Notes under the pieces: generated by a model
Told to the model about the DNA's origin: nothing
The model's database searches: none
The model's input: the letters and a program-made list of their open reading frames with translations, nothing else
Origin: Malacoraja senta
Taxonomy: Eukaryota
Direction: 5' to 3'
DNA length: 64,000 nt
Assembly (NCBI GenBank): GCA_038087875.1
Contig: CM075998.1
Span: 4,404,001 to 4,468,000 of the forward strand
In this document: piece after piece, positions 1 through 13,943 of the stretch
Layout: each line of letters begins with the position of its first letter
How positions within the stretch are numbered: position 1 is the first letter of the stretch
Made by a program: the position numbers and the translations under genes

Positions 1-684
1 GGACTCGCAGGTGAACAAAAAAAAGCAAAGCTACTTAAACCACATTAATTTTGAACTCTCCAAGGTGTTAAGCAACGTTTCCCCCCCAATGCCACAAGAT
101 TCCCAGCCAGTACAATTCATTAAAATGACCCTTGAAATTTTTTGGAGGGAACACAAAATGCTGGAGAAATTCAGTGGGTGAGGCAGCATCTATGGAGAGA
201 AGGAATAGGTGACGTTTCGGGTCAAGACCATTCAGTAATGTTTTAAAATTTTTAGCTAGGGTGAGCATTCAAATCCCAATTGAATTGGGAGGTGTGTTTG
301 TAAATAGCCTTAAAAGATATCTAACACTTAATGCATCCTTTAATAAAATCGTAATGGTGAAACAATTTCAGATCCTGTATTGTACCATGATGTAGCACTT
401 TGACCCACATTTTACCATCTTACTTGGTTCAATCTTGACTGGTCCATTTGAGTAGAGCCATGTTCCCACAGAAGGGAAGGATATGGCAAGCTGGAGTTGC
501 AGGAAACACGGTGCTGTTATGGGTAGGTTATTTCACCACCCTCTCACCTGGGACACAATGAACACTGCGAGGGAAGCAAAATGATTATTTAAAGACACCA
601 CGTCATAATAATTGTAGTAAAAACAATTGTAAACATTGTAGAGTAGAATTGTACTAAAGATGATGATCTAGGATAACTAGCTGC

Positions 685-807
685 CGAAATAGGTTATCAG
701 GAACGGGGTACTGATTCTGGATGATCAGCCATGATCATATTGAATGGCGGTGCCTGCTCGGAGGTCCGAATGGCCTACTCCTGCACCTATTTTCTATGTT
801 TCTATGT
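685..807 (+). mobile_element. CR1 3' UTR fragment (related copies at 44627-44790, 57495-57670 and 60605-60785)
   Basis: ggaacggggtactgatt...gatcagccatgatc...atggcctactcctgcacct. Confidence 0.75.
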
Positions 808-1555
808 GAAGAATAAGGAAGATTACAATAGGTACATGCTGAAGGTCTATTACTCATCTCTGGCCCAATATCAGTCTCCTTCATCGCAAAATAGCTTATT
901 CAGGGCAATATCTTATTACGAATGGATCGGGCTACTCCTACTATTCATTTCTTCTGGATTTTCAGTGCACGCTCAGGCCGATTAGCTGTTCAGTTCCTAA
1001 ACTCGTGGAGGCCAAACGGGCAACTGCATTGCGCTCAACTCTTTATTGCTGTATGTCTCAGTTTCAGATGTTATATTTTAAAGATAAGTAAATCCCACAA
1101 GATTGGATGAAGTTATTTTGCCACATGTATATTCAAGGAAACTATAGCTTACTATATTTAGTATTGAACCCAAGATACTCAGCAGGCAATAAAAAGGCGG
1201 CAGAAAGGATTTTTAAAAAATGGCTTATGCCTGAACGAATGATTCAGCCATGGAAATCCACTTCTGCTCAGTAAAAGTGTTATCCAACAGGGTATTCATC
1301 CATCGACCACGCATAGTTATACGATCAGCCATTCGTCACAAACTAAAATGACTTGCAGGAATTCCATTTGGTAGTATAAAGAATACAAGGCCTTGCTTTC
1401 TGCCATTTTAAAGCGCTTATCCAGCAAGACATGATGTGCGCAGTAAGGCAAACCCAAGCTGCAATGCTTAACAGATAACTGAACAAAGTAATAACTTTTC
1501 AAAACTTCCATATTTGCAGCTGGGTTCCAGCAGTAAGCTGACGTGCCCAAGAAAC

Positions 1556-2047
1556 TGTCAGTGCTGCACTACTTATCAGCTCCCATATTAACAACTATTT
1601 CAAACATGTAAAAAAGCATGATGCTCTTTGAATCCATTAGCAGGGTGAGCAGTAAAAGAATAAAAGCTTTTGTACAACAACTTGCCATTTGAATGGTTGG
1701 CGCACAGCGACGCAGCATTTCGTATAGTCTAAAAAGTTGATATGGTGAACTCTTCAGGGAGCTGCAAATTGCAAAGCCAGTTCCATGTCACTGTATCAAA
1801 TGGCTTAGAATAAATTTAGCACAAATTAAGCTGCCTGTGTAATTGGAAAAAGACCCAATTTAAATAGAAGATCCTGACATTAAGAGCATGAGGCACTTTG
1901 CACTAATTAAGCGGTCTGACATAAAGCACATTGTAATATAGAAAGTGCAGCAGTGTGCACAGCAAGGTCCCTGACAGCTGAGGTAATGTCAGTGCTGCAC
2001 TACTTATCAGCTCCCATATTAACAACTATTTCAAACATGTAAAAAAG
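1556..2047 (+). repeat. Perfect 61-bp dispersed direct duplication (1556-1616 and 1987-2047)
   Basis: tgtcagtgctgcactacttatcagctcccatattaacaactatttcaaacatgtaaaaaag occurs twice, identical. Confidence 0.9.
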
Positions 2048-2200
2048 TCATTGGATTTTGAGGTTAGTTGAGATATATTATCCAAGACACCCCCTGCTCT
2101 CCAAAATAATAGCACGTCCATCTGTGAGAAGGCAATAACATTGATGTCTTATCTTAGAAATGGCACTTCAATGAGTACAGGATTCAAGTTGTTAACTAGA
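1935..2200 (-). mobile_element. Ancient Deu-domain SINE remnant (SacSINE1/AmnSINE-like)
   Basis: gtgcacagcaagg...ccaagacacc-cctgctct-caaaat resembles the Deu-SINE core as recalled; heavily decayed. Confidence 0.4.
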
Positions 2201-5200
2201 GTATCAATTTAAAGTTAGACACAAAATGTTGGAGTAACTCAGCTGGACAGGCAGGATCTCTGGATAGAAGGAATGGGTGATGTTTTGGGTCAAGACCCTT
2301 CAGACTGAATCAATTTAAAGTTATTGGATTGAGACTCACCAGGCATTTGAGCCTAAAATCTTCAACTATGCCACAGCTGCATACTTTACTGGGGAAAAAA
2401 TCCCAAAAGCACATACACAGTCTGTGATACACATGCAGTGTACAATTCACTTGGAAAAGTACTTCACAGACATTTTGAATTCTGACCGTTGTGATCAGCA
2501 GGTAACAGCTGCATGACAGGGACACACAAAATAAAAGGGACACATCCTTATTGAGATTTTCAACTATATTTTGGGTGCATTTCACTGAGCAGGGCAAGTA
2601 TTGTACCATCTCTGGGAATTCTTTGTAGACTACATTCAAGTATAATACTCCAAGCAAGCTTGGCACTCAGAGAAATTCTTCATGCAAGTGCACCCGAAAC
2701 AACCTCAGATTCAAGTCAACCACACTGAAGCTGGATGGTTGGGAAGCCATCACGTGGAACAAGAGATGGCAGCATAACAGCAGCTTAAATTAGCATACGC
2801 TGCAATGTACTCATAAACAAGAGTTACAGGGAAGAGAGAAACACAGTATTCATTGTTGGTCTTTGGAGCCAGGCCATTCGATCAGGCAAAAAAACCCCGC
2901 CTCATTTGGAGAACATGCTCAACTGAAACAATAGCACATTGTGGAAGCTTGAAACCAATGACACTTGAAGTCAAATTGTGGTTCTATGCAACACTCTGGA
3001 GATTAAAACATACCATAATAAACTTGCATCATAGCATTAATCACATTGTTTAGATCCACTTCGATATGGCCTCGGGTTGTATCACTCCAATCAACGAGCT
3101 CAAACTAATTGCATAAATTTACATTTTGTTATTTAAGTGTTCATGGGAAAAGGACATAATCGATAACCCTAATTGCGCCTGAACTGAGGCGCCAGCTGCA
3201 TCAACCCGACTCATGGGTCTGGAGTCAAGTTGGGCAGACTGGTTAAGGACGGCATGTGTCTTGCTCTGAAAGTCATTAGTGAATCAGACACATTTTTCCA
3301 ATAATCTAGTGTCAAAAGGATATTATCAAAAGCCTTAATTTGTTTTTAAATTCAGAATTATTTGAATTCTTCACTTTTTTAAATCCAGAATTATTTGAAT
3401 TCCTCACTACCTTCATCCAATTTGAACTTATTCTCCTCATCAATGGCCCAGAACTTAAAAGTATCAGTCACTTAACCATTATCCTACCATACACAATAGA
3501 CTTGTTTGTATTATCATACCAAAGTTTGGTACCCAAAGGCTCTGGTACAAATAACCACACCTCCCCCCCCCCCCCCCCCCCCAACCAAAGTCATGGTTTA
3601 GGAGTCAATGTTAAAAGGCAATACACTCATCTGAAAGGTAGCTTTGACTGGGGCCTGGAACTACTTTACAACAAAAGGAAAACACTGATGTAGGAACGGA
3701 GTTTCGCGTAACTTCGGTAGAGGCAGACGGATGGTTGACATTTCAGGTCGAGACCTAGCATCATTTAGCTCTTTCACACCCATGGCTTTCTTGCAAGGAG
3801 AGGCTGCAGCAAACTAATGTTTAGATTTATTAAAATCTCATCAGGCTCTGGTGTGGTACACTCAAAACTCCAATGGAAGTGCAGTGTATAAGAATCATAT
3901 CTACTGCAAAACTCAGCAACGCTGCTACAGAACTGGCTTTTGGCAACACAGACTGAAGATTAGCAATTTGGACCAAGATTTCTGCCAAGAGCAAGTCGGA
4001 GAGTTCTGGTTATCAACTGTTAGTTGGCTGCTCAATCAAGGCAGCAGTGTCCTGCTTAAACTAGGCATAATCTTCAGACTTTAAGCACATGGATGACATT
4101 AAGCCTATATGAATGATTGTCCCAAGCACCACACAAATTTGTTCACAACCAAACAATGAATTTCAGCTTAAAGAGATTCTAGCTATGACACATCACACTT
4201 GGTTTTGAACTTTTAAAAATTATATCCAGCATCATTCAAGAGTAGCAGTGTTAGAAACAGCCAGTCACATACGACAGTGCCAGCACAACAGCTATTTGAT
4301 AGCAGGTTTGTCAATTTACTCAAGTGAAAATATTCGACACAACTAAAAGAAAATGGCTCTTACCCCCAATCACCACCTACTTGGAATGATGTATAATTGC
4401 ATTTTGCGCTGTACATACATGAGCTTTTGTTTAACAAAGTCACAGCAGATATGTGCCCCACTTTTGAAAAGGAACTATCAATGTATTAAAAAATACAAGC
4501 AGTCAAGGATAGAATTAGAGACCAGAACCAAAGCTGATCAAGGATCCGGTGCCAATCAGGGATGTGAAGGTACAATTCAGTAAATTGGTTCGCAGAAGAG
4601 TCCTGGGCCGAACCAGATAGCAAGTAGTCAGACAGTGCTTCATCGGATTTTGTACTGAACACACAATTCTGCAAAAATCTTAGAAATGTGGTGGGATGAA
4701 AGAGTCACATCCTGACCAACGCAGCAATGTCATCAAGGACTTGAATACACCAGCAGTAAACACATGGGCATAGACTAGCGGTGCAAAATGGTGCCAAAAA
4801 ACTAAATAGAAAGCATTAAGCTGCTCAGCTATGAATGAATCTTTGCGCAGAATTTCCAGATGATTACTTTAATGACTCATTAGAAAGTTTACATGGTCAT
4901 AGCATGGTGCCAGATTAGCATTTTCCACGGTGCAAGAACAAGACATTAAAAAGCTCAAAGCAGTACTTCACATCACTGAGAATTATATAATTCAGTACAC
5001 TAGTGCCTTAATCAACATTTATTTGGAAAAGTGCTAGTAACTGACAGCATTACATTTAAACAATGCACATCAGTTCAGTGCTAAAGACATTTCAGCCTGG
5101 TCAGGCCGCCTGTCCTTTCCCTTGGAAAGAAAACAATTCAGTATGAAACATGATTAAATACAAAGGTCTTCTCTATAAGCAGAATTAAAATGTCATTGTT

Positions 5201-7493
5201 ACAAAAGCTGTGGAACGATGGGCAAAAGATCTCACAAAAAAAACGACCTTCCAGTAGTGGCTGGGTTGAGAATTGGACAAACCAAAAATAATTATTTGTT
5301 GAAACCTCACACGGATTGAGCTATATTGCCAATGTTTCCCCAAACGGCAAACAATGCACATTTTAGGGGGAAATGTTCACGTCAACACTGACCACAAAAG
5401 CAGAAGTTCTGTACATTATAATACATTTTTAAATATGGAATGGCAGAGGATCACTGTACCCATTTATCAGCCTCCATCCACTGCTGAAATTTTAAGCAAC
5501 TGGCCCTAAGCTCATCATTTGTAGAATGCTCAAACTAATGGACTAAGTATCAGCCTCACAGTTCCTGAAGCAAATTATGGTGTTGGAATATTGGTTTCAA
5601 ACAACACGGCACAATTATTGGCAAAGTCAGGTTTCTAACTGGCGAAGAGAAAAGGTATAAATTCTGCTGAAAGAATGAGTAGGGAATTAAATTTATGAAA
5701 GCTATTAGACTGGGTATTTAAATTTTATTGTCTTTCCTAGTCGCTTCTGCACCACTCAACCAAGGTAAAAACCTACGGCCACATCACGTTTGCAAAGACA
5801 AGTTGGAATTCTAAAACCACGTTTCTTCTCCCACCTGCCCAATGATGATTCTACATGTACAGAAGAACTAGGTCTCATTTCAATGGACAGTTTGAACATC
5901 ATAGACGTTTTGGCAATGACCAGTGACATTTTTCTTTAAACAGGCACTGCCCAAACCAAATTATAGGCTAATGCTCAAGATGAAAGAACTTCATTACATG
6001 TCAGCCTTCTCATCCCAACACCACTAGAAATGTGTGCATACCCAATAAACACCCTTATAGTGCAAACACATCTTGAAATAAATGACACCACAAAAATAAA
6101 ATCCATGCTTTACAGTACAAATTTTTCCACATTAAGTGACAGGAATAAAAACATGTATTTCAGTCTTCTCTCTTCTGGTCTAGTCTGCTCCGCAGGCAAC
6201 CAAACAATCATGCAAGTCCCCCTTAGGTTCTGGTGCAATTGGCAAGGTAGGCACCCATACAAAAAATGTGGAGAGATTTCTAATGAAGTTAGTTTGAATA
6301 CTAGTTATCTTCCATTTACACTTTGAGCTTCAGTAGTTTAGAGACTTACTCTGTGCACCCAAACAGTGCATAGCTATTTAAACACACCTAGCTTCGGACA
6401 GCTACTAGCCACAGGTTCAATTGGACCTGCCCAAAAGGCAGAGATGCAATAATCAAAAGATTTCTACTTGCTTTTTAATTTTACGGATTGGAATGAAGTG
6501 ATCAAGATTGATCCAAGCTAGTCAACTTTCGAATTGACCATTTTTCGTGATGCAGCAGCCTAATCAATAAAGCATGTTAAAAATAACTGGTGTGATAGCA
6601 ATACATGATCTGTGCAATGCATATTAAAACACAGGGTAGTTTTTCCCAAATTGCAGTGTTAATTGCTTTTAAATTTACTTGCTACATACACTAGTTGCCT
6701 TTCCTTTTAAATGGCTTGCAATTCATTTTGTACTCTTGTTAAATGCTCAATTCAAATGTAAATATTTTTAACTTTATCAGTCCAAAATTCATTATTGGTA
6801 ATAACTTGGATGCAAAGTTTTAATGGGACTTATTTTCAAATCTTAATTTAAAAAAAGTTGGTTACCTTCTCCTGGCCAAATGCATTTAAAACGTGTATAT
6901 AGAGGGAAGAGAGAAAAAGGAGAAAGAAAAAGGGGGAAACAAAACATTCGGGACCAGAATTAAGGACGTCAGAATGTGTAAACGCAAGATTTAAAAAAGG
7001 GTTGGATAAAGTGACCAGATTAGGGCTAAAGTGCACATGTTTGTCAGAGCTAGTGTGCTGGGAATTGGAAGGGATGAGTCAACAGTATTTTATTATCACA
7101 TGTCCCAAAATGGAACAATTAAATCATCCAGGCTCATAGGCTGGTTCTGGGATTTTTAATTTCAGTGCTCAACTGTTACAATTAGTTTCAGATCATTTGT
7201 TGCATGGAACAGGGGGGCAGACTGCAAATACAATTGCTTTCTTAGGGAGGATTGAAGAAGCAGATGAGCACAAGGAGGTTGAAAAAGTGCATTCTTAGAT
7301 ATTATTTGATAAAATAAACCTACAAATTAAATCCTTGGATATGGCCACTGAAACCAAGGATGCAGAAATAGACCCTTCAATTTCCCAGAGAACACGGCCC
7401 AGTGTTTAATGAGTGCAAGTTACTTTGAACCATTACTCTCCGCCCAAGCTCTTTACCCATCGCCACCAATCCCCAAAATAAACTCTTATAATC

Positions 7494-7611
7494 TTAATGG
7501 TTCAAAGAGGGTCTCCTATATGCCGTTGAATTGGACCCACAATCCAAATACCGGTATGCTTCCAAAGAGTTCTGCGATGGATGTCCCAAGTAAGAGCTTT
7601 TCACTGTGGTC
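7494..7611 (-). CDS. TMEM106C: TMEM106C last coding exon (TTVKSSYLGHPSQNSLEAYRYLDCGSNSTAYRRPSLNH*), 118 nt including TAA
   Basis: Acceptor tttcctttctcag; Y-DCG-NST terminal motif; stop TAA at 7496-7494; total CDS 786 nt. Confidence 0.95.
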
Positions 7612-10065
7612 CTGAGAAAGGAAAATAAAAAAGGGATAACATGGCATAAATTAACTTCCTCAGAGTAGGAACAATTTACATTGCTTTAGGCATACAAGCA
7701 GTGACATTGGCGAGATAACCACTCCAGTCCTTAGACACATGACATCTTTACACTCCACTATGTTGTGTAACATCACAAAGCAGTTTATGCTTGGAACAAA
7801 ATACTGCGGAAAAATTGTGATGGGGCACAAGCAGAATGATGTTCAATCTCATACCCAAAGCCCAGGCATCACACAAACACATGAGGAGTAGGCCTCCAGG
7901 CCCCCCAAGCCTGCCCCACCATTCAATATGATCATGGATGATTATGCTGGCATCAACCGTTGCTCTGTGCCAGCTTCCTATAACCCTTCATCATGCAAGT
8001 ATTTATTCACCTCCATAAATACATCCAGCGATCAATCCTCCACCATCCTCAGGGACGGAGAATTCCAGAGATTCATAATCAGAGAAGATTTTTTTTTGCA
8101 ACACATGTGTTTTAATTAACTGGCCCTCCTGTAACCATGTCCCTTGCTCACATTGGCTCGTTATATATCTGCCATCTGCCTTTGGCTCCAACTTTTAGGT
8201 TAAATAATTGTATGCAATCCCTGCGCCAAACTGATTAAATTGCAGATCACAGACACATTTGCTTTGCGAAATGCTGCCATTTATGGCAAGAAATGTGGTT
8301 TACTCAGCTTGCTCCAAATTTCAGGCAAATGCCAGTGACTTGTGTAGCAAAATACCAAGGCCTCAGACCTTGGACATACACACCATGGCAATTTAACAAT
8401 AATAACAGATACAGTGGTTGCTATGGACAGAGGCAGTCAGCACCATGTTGTTTTTAATGGATTGCAACTTGGGCAACATGGTTATTGAAATGCACTCCAT
8501 ACAGTAGGATGGGGCAAAGCACCAATACCAGGGGATGCGAGCAGAAGGTCAAAAAGGTGCCAGGACTGGGGTGCAACAAGCCGAGAAGCAGAAGGTAATG
8601 CATGTGCGCGGGAGGCATGCATGCACGCACACACAGCAGCGGGCACTGAAAGTAACGCGCATTCGAGATCAAGCGTTTTTGATGGTCAAGGCCAGAAGGA
8701 GACGAGTCAAATGTCCATTCTACATCACTTGCTGGCAATAAACAGTGATTCCATTGTGTGGCATCTTCATGCTTGCTCATTGTACTTGTAGATCATATAG
8801 AGCTATCATTGATATTACATCAATGAACCCGCAGCAGGATTAACACAGAAAACGTAAAACAAAATACGAAGTGTGGAAATGCTCTGCAGATTAGGCAGCA
8901 TTGGTGGAAACAGTTAATAATTCAGGCCAAAGACACTGCCAAGTATTTTTAGAATTTTATTTTGTATTTTCAGACATCCAGCCTGTGCAGTATCCAGATT
9001 TCCATTTGGAAAATGCTTCATCTGTCTGGGCACCAGTTTTTTACCTTTGGGAAATGTAATACTAAACCTTACCCAACAATGAATATTGGATCAAAAGGTA
9101 TAATACTTTGCAATGTTTCATGATCCACTGGTCATGCTTCTATTTCCATAGTTGCTTCAAAACACTATGATAGGACCATGTTACCAATTTCTGAGAGTTC
9201 AGTAATGAGAATGCCATACTTGAAAGGAGCTCAATTTGTTGGCAATCGTAGCACAACCTGAAGCTCCATTTCTGATAGAAGAGATGTCAAAGTTGATCTT
9301 TCAACTAGATCAACTCTTTCCCATTATGCTTCTGCAGGCATTAACTGCAGCAACTACTTTTCAAAATCTCACGACTTAAAAATCATACAATGCAAGACAA
9401 CTCATTTCTGGGAAACGTAAGGATAGCTGGTTGCCATTAACCAGTCATACATGGCAAGGCCCTTGCCTCCATACCAGGTGCCAGTGAGCAGTTGCTGTGG
9501 GTCTATTACGTGTCCTTGGACACGAGCACATGCTCACCCACATCAGTTTCCCTCACTACCCGAATCCCCATCAACTGCCACCTTATGTATGTGCAAGTGA
9601 TCGTGTGTCATGTCTATGAAGCAGAGCTTGGTCTACAATCATCTTAGATCTCCTTGATCCCAACCCAAGACCTCACTCCATCAGGTCTGGTAGATGGTGT
9701 GCAATGGTCACCTTACGTTAGAAGAAATCACGCAAGGCATCTCCGACTCCTCTGACGAGAGTGAACGTGCATCATCCTTGACCAAGGGAATTGCTTTTTG
9801 AATCCTTTCAGCCCAGGTACTGTCAGTATATGGAGACTATGAGACATATAAGAGGTACTAATCTGGCTATGTAGACACAAGAATGCTTTCTGCATTACCA
9901 AGGTATGCTGCTTATCATGTGATCTTGATTCTTTGGCCTTTCAATTACAAAGTGCCTCTTCATTTCCCTCCTGCAAGTTGGGATGTGTTTGACTGGAAGA
10001 TTAGGTACGTCCTAGTAACACTTCGGCTTTGTCAGGTGTGCTTCATTTGCTGAAGTGCGTGGACT

Positions 10066-10347
10066 GCACGGATGGCGCAGCGGTAGAGTTGCTGCCTCAC
10101 AGCGCCAGAGACCCGGGTTCCATCCTGACTGCGGGTGCTGTCTGTACGTTCTCCCTGTGACCAACGTGGGTTTTCTCCGGTTTCCTCCCACACTCCAAAG
10201 ACATAAAGGTTGGTAGGTTAATTGGCTTGGTATAATTGTAAATTGTCCCTAGTGTGTGTAGGATAGCATTAGTATGCGGGGATCGCTGGTCGGCACGGAC
10301 TTGCTGGGCCGAAGGACCTGTTTCCATGCTGTATCTTTAAACTAAAA
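10066..10347 (+). mobile_element. tRNA-derived HE1-like V-SINE
   Basis: A box tggcgcagcgg, B-box-like gggttccatcc, V-domain core (gttctccc-gtgacc...cctcccacactccaaagac), aaact tail. Confidence 0.85.
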
Positions 10348-13300
10348 GTGTTCTGCCTGGCCAGTTGCAATGGAACAATGAATGGTGTGCTTATGAATAC
10401 TTATGAAGACTATCTGGCTATCAAGGTGCCTCAGCTTCACTTACAAATATAGCTTCACTACTGCAATGCATCACATGGTCTGTATCCTTTGGTACTTGGA
10501 ATCGAACAATGCTCGTACTCATTTTATTTTTTATCTTTCCCGTGCAATGTTCTTCAAGACGAGGGCCAATTTCTCTCAATGTTGCATGGGATGATGGAAA
10601 TAACTAAAGTCCTTGATCTACTTGGTGTACTGCAATGCATACTCCTGATTCGAGAGAAGATTTCATTGCCTGCACACAGCTCAAGGCATTGTTCTCTAGG
10701 AACCTGCTCGTGCATAGCTTTCAACATAACGACACCGCAGGAGTTGCGAGTATATGCAAATATCAGAAGCAGAGGACGCAAGGGCCACCCCCCAATCATA
10801 CATGAACGGCTCCAGGTTCTGAAGGGGAGCCAAGTCTACAACAGCCTGAACAATGAGGAACCAACCAACAAATCTAAACAAAAGATATGGCATAGACTAC
10901 CCACAGCTACTCATGAGCGATGTGGAGGCTAGGAAGTGGGGAGTGAGAGCAACTGTGGCTTTGTGGCTCAAAAGGCCACAATGTCGAATCTGTGGCAATT
11001 GCCTATGCAAACAATTCCTATGGAGGAATTATTCAGAGAGGCCAAGATAGGGGTACGATTCTGTAGACCATGGAATTTGTGATCATTCCCTTTAGATTGT
11101 AGGGATAGGGACTTTAAATCCAAGCACTTCCCAGCCTCCTCTCTTAAGATCCTCGACCTTGCACAAAGCACAGACTCAAATATTGCCACAATTCACCATG
11201 GAAACACCTATTGTAAGTACTTTGATACACTAATTTGTCAGTTGAGAGGGGTGTCGGTGGTGATGGATGGAGTATTTCTTAACCTAAGAAAACGGTTGCT
11301 AGATAGTACACAGTGTTATGGAGACCTGCTTAAGATTGCCAAATGACAAATGTTCCTTGGACCAGTGTCAATTTTTATAATTACACGTGCCAAAACAAAC
11401 TGCAACACAAGGGCTGATGTTCTTAAATACAAGGCGGATGCTAAAACAATGCCTAACGTGCAAGTATTTATGCCGATTAAATTTCTGAAGTGGCACAATG
11501 CAATCTGGAAGTAGTCACAGTAATGTTTGACCCTGGGTTAAAACTGTTCTCAAATAGATGCACTGTTTAAAAAAAAATATATTAGAATTCTAGGCAATTG
11601 TTCAGTGGTTCTTCCAAAAGGAGTTCTGGCACTCTGTATACATCAGTTTTGATTAAATATTGAAAGTAGATTTGGGAACACATTCAATTATTCTAAAAGA
11701 TACATTTGAAGAACAAATAAGTATAATGGGGCACTGGCCTCATACCAGTGATGAGGCCAGTGCCATATACTCTCAACTCCTGCAGTGTTGCTATGTTGAA
11801 AGCTGTGATGATGGCAAACAAAGTCCATAGAATACTTTTTTACTGAAGATGGCTTTATCTAAAATATAGAACATTTGTTCAAATTTTAAGTAGTTGTACC
11901 TGCCAGCTTGCAAAGCCACAAGAGATAGCTTCCTCCAAACTAGCGTGATCCATGATCCAAAAAAACAGGTTCAATGGCTGGGGAAAGTAGAACTAAAAAA
12001 AACCCTTAGATTGGGGAAATTCAATTCCAAATACTGTCCTGAAATTGAAAAAAGAGAAGTGCCAGAAACTTAGCAGGTCAGGTAGCATCTCTGCAGAACA
12101 TGGCTAGGTGGCGTTTTTGGTTGGGACCCCTCTTCAGACTAAAACCTTGAGGTAGCGAGGATGTCAAGGAGTTTTAGAAATGTTTTGACAATTTTTAGCT
12201 TTAATTTGGCTCCTATATAAGAATGTGATAATGTTAAACAGAATAACAGCACTTAAAAAAAATGTGAACTTCAATTTGTCAAGCACATTCTACTGATATC
12301 CATAAATAGTCCTTGCTGTTTGTGATCCAAATGGCGAATTAACAGAGCCATATATTTATTTGGAGACCAGCTGTCTGGTAACAACCAAAACAGTAAGTGA
12401 TGGAGAAACCAATTAGGTCAGGCAACATTTGTCAATGGAGAAAGATGTTGACACTTCATTTTGATGACCAATCAATTAGAACTCAACAGCACAATACATT
12501 GACCATTTTTGTTCATTTGTTGCCCAACCTGTCGAATATTTCCAAGAGTGTCAAGGAACTACAGATGTTTGATAGTATAGGCGCAGATAGTATTGCACTT
12601 TAGCCAAAGTCAATTATTCCCAATATAAAGTTGGGAACCTGTCACAATCCGTCAGCAGCAAGTAGCAAAGCATTGGAGATCCTGGGCTTCAGAGGCATGG
12701 AGTACATAAACAGAGAGGTCATGTTAAATCTTTAAAATAAAGCTAAACTGCTTGAGCATCACATTCAATTCTGGTCACCATGCTAGAACTAAACTAAAGA
12801 CCCACTGGATGTGAAAATAGTTCAAGGGTGACAAATCTCAGCAGCAATATTACACTGGAAAGCCCAAGGGTATTCTCCTTGGGAGCAAAATCAGTCAATT
12901 GGAAATTTGATAAGAGGCATACAAAATAACAAGGGCTTTGCAATGGGCAAAGTGGGTTAGGGAGAGACAAACAAAGTGCTGGGGTACAGAGAAGAAAGGA
13001 AGACAAAGAGATTCCTAAAGTGGTTATAATCAGAAACTCATTGCCTAAGGTAGTGGAAACTAAGTCAATCTGGGTTTCGAAAGAAAATCTAAATAGGCAC
13101 AGGAGAAAATAACTTGCAGGGCTACGGAAAAAGGGAGGGGGAGACAAGGAAAATGTGATTGAACAGACTGTTCCACAAAAGGCATTGACATGGACTCCGA
13201 GCCAAATAGTCTGCATTATGATTCACAAGCTTTGGCCAGCTCTTCTCATAGCTAAAACTGTAACAATCCAATTGACAGAGCTCATTTTAATGAAACAAAT

Positions 13301-13425
13301 AGAAAAATGCATTTATTTTTAAAAGTGTTGCTAAATTTAAATATTATTTCAAGATGTTAAAAACACAAATGCTGAAGTGCACATCTTCATTCTATTTAGT
13401 TGGAAAATAATCTTAATGAACTTAC

Positions 13426-13479
13426 TGCATGAAGACAACAATATTATGGACCTTGATTGATGGCATTGTGCAAAAGGTA
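13426..13479 (-). CDS. TMEM106C: TMEM106C coding exon 6 (TFCTMPSIKVHNIVVFMQ), 54 nt
   Basis: Acceptor cttccacag, donor gtaagt; FCT-P-I-VHNIV family motif. Confidence 0.95.
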
Positions 13480-13915
13480 CTGTGGAAGAAAATAAACTAG
13501 TTAGATCAGTTCAATCATAGCGAGCAAGATATTTGGCTCACTATACGGGCTTTTTGCCTTTAGTGCAAAGGCTAGTTCACACAGAGATCAGTTCCAAACC
13601 AAACTCAATCATAAAATCAGAATCATTACAATTGGAGGCTTATATTTAAATTGCCTTCATTAAAATTGCTAAATTTGGATTCTCCAAGCGACTTGTACCA
13701 ACATATCAGCAAAGTTCAAACCCATCTTGCTCAAAAACCATTTACCCTCGTACACGGGTCCCAGAAGGGACAATTAATCGCTGGAAACACACGTCAGGAT
13801 TATATTATAACATGTAACTCTGGCAGTGGCTAATCATACAGTAGCACAAAAATAGACACAAAGTGCTGGAGTAACTCCACGGGTCAGGCAACATCTCAGG
13901 AGAACATGGAAAGGT

Positions 13916-13943
13916 GACGTTTCGGGTCGGAACCCTTCTTCAG
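13916..13943 (-). ncRNA. Putative minimal hammerhead ribozyme core, sense within TMEM106C intron 5
   Basis: Reverse complement CTGAAGA-A-GGGT(TCCG)ACCC-GAAAC-GTC; stem II perfect, stem I weak. Confidence 0.5.

Noticed and set aside
10400..11190. Cluster of ORFs including a CRICGNCLC motif
   Set aside because: No coherent domain or splice structure; probably a very old decayed element that could not be classified.
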